A DNA stretch of 38,953 nt from a virus. Positions within the stretch are counted from its first letter, which is position 1. Every line of letters begins with the position of its first letter. Where the stretch lies: IMG/VR virus record IMGVR_UViG_3300013902_000028, positions 1-38,953 of that record; one strand, 5' to 3'. Of the stretch, positions 34,708 to 38,953 are shown in pieces. The translations under genes were made by a program, and so were the position numbers. Below the pieces are notes generated by a model. It saw nothing but the letters and a program-made list of their open reading frames with translations, did not search any database and was not told the origin of the DNA.

Positions 34708-37578
34708 ATGGAACTGTATCGTACATTCGACAGGATGACCCGCTCGATAACGAGCGACCGCAAAGGATACGCGGGACAGACCTACGATTCCGGGAGCACC
34801 CGCATCCATTTCAAGATCCAGGACGGCGGGGAGGATTGGGACTTCAAGGCGGACGGGTATGTGCCGTACATCGTGTTCGCGGTATACGACGAGGTCGGGA
34901 ACCCCTACGTCTACGGCCCCGATTCCTCGCCCGTGTTCTCCGGATACGACTTCCCCATCCCCTACGAGATAACCTCCAGAGCATCGTCCCTGCGCGTGGA
35001 GTACAACCTTTGGTTCGTCAAGGCGGAGGTCGCGGACAACTTCAACGGAACCCCCGACGGCCTTCTCGTGACCGAGTACCTTCTCAGCGCGACGGACGGC
35101 GTGGCGTTCCGCGCGTCCTGCATAAAGCCCCCCAAGCCCGGATGCGGGTGCAATGCGCCGCCGTACACTCCTGCAACGGCTCCTACCGTGATAGGGGCTC
35201 TGGAGGCCCTGAAGTCGCTGGCGGTCATCCGTCCCGTCGCCAAGGAGGCCCACATCAACCCCTACGGAGAGGAGCAGGGGCTGGACCTGTACTTCAAGTC
35301 CATCTCCGGCGAATTCCAGCAGATGTGGCTGAACGTCCCGACCCTGTCCGACGACGGGAAGCTCAAGGCATCCCAGCTTCCGACGGGCAACGGCGTCGAC
35401 AGCATCCCTCTGCTCAAGAGCATGGTCGGGAACGGTGATGCCATCGTCTACGACGGCGCCAAGCAGGGCTTCGTCGCCAAGAAGGTCTCCGCCACCGCAG
35501 GCGCGGCCCTCGCCGCTCCCGCATCGCTCGTGCAGGCCTCCGCGATGGGTCAGAGGATGGAGTACGTCAAGAGGCTGGACGGAGAGGCTGGCGCCCACTA
35601 TCTGCGCCTTCTCGACGGCAACGGCCAGGAGATATGCCATGTGGACCTTCCGCTGGAGAGCATGATATCCAAGGCGTACTACGACGCGTCCAAGAAGTCC
35701 CTCATCTTCGAAGTGGACGGAGCCGAGGAGCCCATCGTCGTCCCCGTCCACGATCTCGTGGACACGTTCAGGCCCGGCGATGAGAACATCACCATCGAGC
35801 TGGTGGCGTCCGGCGATGCCGAGAATCCGACCATCCACACCATCTCCCTGTCCTCGTCCTTCCTCGCCCGCATAAAGGACGACGAGCTGGACCTCGCGGC
35901 CCACAAGGACGACGTGCAGAACCCGCACCGTGTCACCAAGGCGCAGGTCGGCCTGGGCAACGTGGAGAACCTGTCTCCCGCCAACATGCCCGTGTCCGAT
36001 GCGACCGCGGCGGCCATCGCCAGCGCCAAGCAGGACGTGTCCGCGGACGTCGAGGCCGTGGAGGCCAGGGTGGGAGTCATCGAGACGCAGCTCAACGGCG
36101 ACAGCGGGGAGGGCGGCATAATCGAGAAGCACGACAGGGACATCGCCCGCATCGATTCCGAGACCACCGCCATCAGGGCGGAGCTGGCGCTGAAGGCATC
36201 CTCGCAGGACCTTGCGACCGCGGTCGGAGCGAAGCAGGACAGGCTCATCCCCGGCAGCAACATCGCCATCAGCGATACCAATGTCATCTCCTACGTCGGC
36301 CCGAACATCGATGTGGATTCCAAGATGTCCGCCACCTCGACCAATCCCGTCCAGAACAGGGTGCTGGTCGCAGAGCTGGACAAGCTCCAGCCGAAGCTCA
36401 CGGCAGGGACGAACATCAAGATCGAGAACGGCAGGATAGACGCCACCGTCCCTCCGACCACCGTGGACGACGCGATGTCCTATTCGTCCAAGAATCCCGT
36501 CCAGAACAGGGTCATCGCACGCGAGCTGGACAAGAAGGCCAACATCGGCGAGGGAGTCAGCGTCTGGAAGGGAATCACCCAGGACGGCCTGTATCTGTAC
36601 AATACAGGCGATGTCGTAGTCTACGACAACGCGCTCTACATCTCCCGCGTCGATAACAACGACCATCACCCGGACGACGAGACCTGCTGGTCCGTCGTGC
36701 GCGGAGCCACGACCACGCAGGTCGTCGGAATCACGCCTGCCACATACATCGGCGTGTTCGGGAACACCTCCGACACCGTCTACACGATAGAGCATAGGAT
36801 GAACACGCGCAACATCGTCTTCAGCTTCATGAGGAACGACGGCAGCTACCAGTTCGTCTACCCCACGATGGTGTCCGCGCCGACGCTGAGCACCATGCGC
36901 GTCCAGCTCCCGTCGCCTCCGGGCAACAACGCCATCATCGTCAACATGGTGAAGGCGAGGACGGTCACGCCGTCGGGCGTCAAGAGCTATCCCGCGGTCA
37001 TCGAATTCGCAACCCCCGACAGGGAGTGGCAGGTCTACAACGACACGGGCAAGCCTCTGTACGTGAAGGCGTACAACACGGAAGGAGTCGAAGCGGAAGG
37101 CGATGTCATCCAGGACAGCGCTACGGAGTATTCTCCTGTCACCATAGATTTCGGCGAAGCGACGGCGGGAAAGCTCTTCCTTGCAGAGTCGGATATCGTG
37201 AAGGAGTACAACGGAACATCTTTGGACATCCCGATCGCATCGGGCGACAGATACCTTGTGCAGTGCTTCAGGGACGGCGAGGGGCAGTCCAGGCTGGATA
37301 TCATCCAGACCGATGGGAATGTGCATATCGGATCTAGCAGCCCTTGGGCAGGTACCGTCGCCATGTTCAAGGCGACCGCGTCCAAGAGCTGGAAGGCTGC
37401 CGATATGAAGCAGGAGAACGGCAGGTACAAGATATCCTACCAGCATAACAAGGGCAGATTGGTCGGAGCACAGGTCTATACTTCCGAAGGGATGGCCATG
37501 ACCGAGCTGTCCTGTACCGATAATGTCATCACCGTCTATACCAACTCGGCGATAGACGGCGAGCTCTACATAATCTGA
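34708..37578 (+). CDS. Tail fibre / receptor-binding protein, 956 aa
   Basis: DGKLKASQLP, NPHRVTKAQVGLGNVEN, two 50-aa NPVQNRV repeats and a CBM5/12-like YNTGDVVVYD...W segment. Confidence 0.85.
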   Translation: MELYRTFDRMTRSITSDRKGYAGQTYDSGSTRIHFKIQDGGEDWDFKADGYVPYIVFAVYDEVGNPYVYGPDSSPVFSGYDFPIPYEITSRASSLRVEYNLWFVKAEVADNFNGTPDGLLVTEYLLSATDGVAFRASCIKPPKPGCGCNAPPYTPATAPTVIGALEALKSLAVIRPVAKEAHINPYGEEQGLDLYFKSISGEFQQMWLNVPTLSDDGKLKASQLPTGNGVDSIPLLKSMVGNGDAIVYDGAKQGFVAKKVSATAGAALAAPASLVQASAMGQRMEYVKRLDGEAGAHYLRLLDGNGQEICHVDLPLESMISKAYYDASKKSLIFEVDGAEEPIVVPVHDLVDTFRPGDENITIELVASGDAENPTIHTISLSSSFLARIKDDELDLAAHKDDVQNPHRVTKAQVGLGNVENLSPANMPVSDATAAAIASAKQDVSADVEAVEARVGVIETQLNGDSGEGGIIEKHDRDIARIDSETTAIRAELALKASSQDLATAVGAKQDRLIPGSNIAISDTNVISYVGPNIDVDSKMSATSTNPVQNRVLVAELDKLQPKLTAGTNIKIENGRIDATVPPTTVDDAMSYSSKNPVQNRVIARELDKKANIGEGVSVWKGITQDGLYLYNTGDVVVYDNALYISRVDNNDHHPDDETCWSVVRGATTTQVVGITPATYIGVFGNTSDTVYTIEHRMNTRNIVFSFMRNDGSYQFVYPTMVSAPTLSTMRVQLPSPPGNNAIIVNMVKARTVTPSGVKSYPAVIEFATPDREWQVYNDTGKPLYVKAYNTEGVEAEGDVIQDSATEYSPVTIDFGEATAGKLFLAESDIVKEYNGTSLDIPIASGDRYLVQCFRDGEGQSRLDIIQTDGNVHIGSSSPWAGTVAMFKATASKSWKAADMKQENGRYKISYQHNKGRLVGAQVYTSEGMAMTELSCTDNVITVYTNSAIDGELYII
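36343..36512 (+). repeat. 20-bp identical core AATCCCGTCCAGAACAGGGT repeated 150 bp apart
   Basis: Copies at 36343-36362 and 36493-36512; marks a 50-aa repeat. Confidence 0.9.
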
Positions 37579-37620
37579 AACCATTTCCCGCTCTTCGGGG
37601 CGGACCCCCCATCCATCGTG

Positions 37621-37628
37621 TTTAAAAA
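37621..37628 (+). promoter_or_regulatory. TATA-like TTTAAAAA before the last gene
   Basis: Followed by a GAGGGT SD and ATG 37661. Confidence 0.45.
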
Positions 37629-37660
37629 GTCCATCGAGCATGATACGAACGAGGGTAAAA

Positions 37661-38953
37661 ATGGGAACCCAAGAGTATTATGCCGATATCGACATGAAGA
37701 AGAACACGATCAAGAACGTCAAATTCGAGATCGTGACCGCTCTGCCCGCGACCCCCTTCAAGGGACAGGTCGTCGAGTTCGAGGGCGTCCTCCAGACGTA
37801 CGACGGGACCAAATGGGTCAAGTACGCCGACGATGCCCAGGTGCAGACCAACAAGGATGACATCGCTAATCTGAAGACGACTGTCGGGGGTGAGGCCAGT
37901 GGACTGGTCAAGACTGTCAATGAACTGAAGGCCCAGGTCGGGACCGATGCGGGAGGGAACACCCTCGGAACCAGGGTCGCCAACCTGGAGACCGCCGTCG
38001 GAACCGCCGCTGACGAGGCCGCCGCAGACGGCTCCGCCTATGCCAGGATCGCCAAGAATGCCGCGGACATCGCAACCAATGCCGCTGCCGCTGCCAATGC
38101 GAAGAAAGCTGCCGATGATGCTCAGAAGGATGCCACCTCTGCGAAGAACACTGCTGCGGACAACTCCACTGCAATCAAAGCCCTCCAGGAGACCGACAAG
38201 ACGCAGACCTCCGACATCAGCGCTCTGAAGACCGCCGTCGGAACCAAGGCCTCCGGAGATGTCGCCGCAACCGGACTCTTCAAGGACGTCGCAACCAACG
38301 CTACAGCCATCGCCAACGTCAAGACCACTGCCGATGCGGCCGCTGTCAAGGCCGATGTCGATAACGCTCTCGCTGGCAAGGTCGATAAGGTCGAAGGCAA
38401 GGGTCTGTCCACCAACGACTACACCGCTGCGGAGAAGACCAAACTTGCGAACATCGCAACCGGCGCCCAGGTCAACGTCATCGAGTCCGTGAAGGTCGAT
38501 GGAACCGCTCTCGCCATCACCGAGAAGGCCGTCAACATCGATCTGTCCGGATACGCCAAGAAGGTCGATATATCTAGGATCCTCAGGTACAGCGGTTCTG
38601 TTGAAAAACTCGCTGACCTTCCTGAGTCCCCCGCAGATGGTGAGGTATACAACGTCAAAGAGGGATTCACATATGATAAAGAAGTTTATCCTGCGGGGAC
38701 GAATGTGGCGTGGGTCGCCGCCAACGGCGATGTCGCAGGGCATTGGGATCCGCTGGGAGGAACCGTTGATCTCACCAACTACGCCACGAAGACCGAGGTC
38801 ACCACCTCTATCGAGACCGCCATCAAGGTCAAGCAGGACAAGCTCACCGAGGCCCAGCTCGCCACCGTGAATTCCGGAGTCACCGCCGACAAGGTCGCGG
38901 CCTACGACGGCTACGCCGCATCCATCAAGTCCGCAGCCGATGCAGCAACCGCC
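37661..38953 (+). CDS. Fibre-like virion protein, partial (at least 431 aa, runs off the window)
   Basis: Open frame MGTQEYYADIDMKK... with no stop; Ala/Thr-rich coiled coil; KVDKVEGKGLSTNDYTAAEKTKLANI fibre motif. Absent from the ORF track because it is unterminated. Confidence 0.85.
   Translation, partial: MGTQEYYADIDMKKNTIKNVKFEIVTALPATPFKGQVVEFEGVLQTYDGTKWVKYADDAQVQTNKDDIANLKTTVGGEASGLVKTVNELKAQVGTDAGGNTLGTRVANLETAVGTAADEAAADGSAYARIAKNAADIATNAAAAANAKKAADDAQKDATSAKNTAADNSTAIKALQETDKTQTSDISALKTAVGTKASGDVAATGLFKDVATNATAIANVKTTADAAAVKADVDNALAGKVDKVEGKGLSTNDYTAAEKTKLANIATGAQVNVIESVKVDGTALAITEKAVNIDLSGYAKKVDISRILRYSGSVEKLADLPESPADGEVYNVKEGFTYDKEVYPAGTNVAWVAANGDVAGHWDPLGGTVDLTNYATKTEVTTSIETAIKVKQDKLTEAQLATVNSGVTADKVAAYDGYAASIKSAADAATA

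Larger units (their letters stand above)
1..38953. mobile_element. Segment of a tailed archaeal virus/provirus genome, host probably Methanomassiliicoccales-like
   Basis: Adaptor, tail tube, frameshifted chaperone, tape measure and fibre gene order; ERF/YqaJ/SNF2/VRR-NUC module; archaeal TATA plus leaderless starts; no host housekeeping genes. Host assignment is inference. Confidence 0.85.

Noticed and set aside
1-38953. Terminase, portal, major capsid, integrase, DNA polymerase or reverse transcriptase genes
   Set aside because: No diagnostic motifs recognised in any ORF; head and packaging genes probably lie outside the window.

Overview
A 39-kb segment of a tailed (head-tail) archaeal virus or provirus genome. 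The host is probably a Methanomassiliicoccales-like Thermoplasmatan. This is inferred from TATA boxes about 25 nt ahead of leaderless ATGs, AGGAGG-type SD motifs, heavy AGG/ATA codon use and InlB-like 'F.GW' surface repeats; no database search was possible. Layout: (1) a non-coding, G-tract-rich left end (1-1.6 kb); (2) a leftward, tightly coupled cluster of about 22 mostly small genes including a C5 DNA methyltransferase and a GP88-family protein (1.6-9.3 kb); (3) a divergent promoter region, five small genes, a 1813-aa protein, a ParB-domain protein and a convergent radical SAM enzyme (9.8-18.9 kb); (4) a recombination module of SNF2 helicase, ERF, YqaJ exonuclease, SSB-like, AbrB-like and VRR-NUC genes (18.9-23.7 kb); (5) a neck/tail module with a -1 frameshifted chaperone (23.8-31.3 kb); (6) an inserted membrane-protein gene, structured non-coding region, origin-like repeats, VapE NTPase and an HNH/AP2 remnant (31.3-34.7 kb); (7) two fibre genes, the last running off the window. 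No terminase, portal, major capsid or integrase gene was recognised. Main discovery: CGA behaves like a stop codon. By-eye reading found no internal in-frame CGA in any credible gene, yet in 8 genes the first in-frame CGA falls at or near the natural gene end, several times in the stop/start overlap geometries used by TGA elsewhere in this genome. No called gene then ends in TAG. CDS coordinates use CGA as stop where stated.
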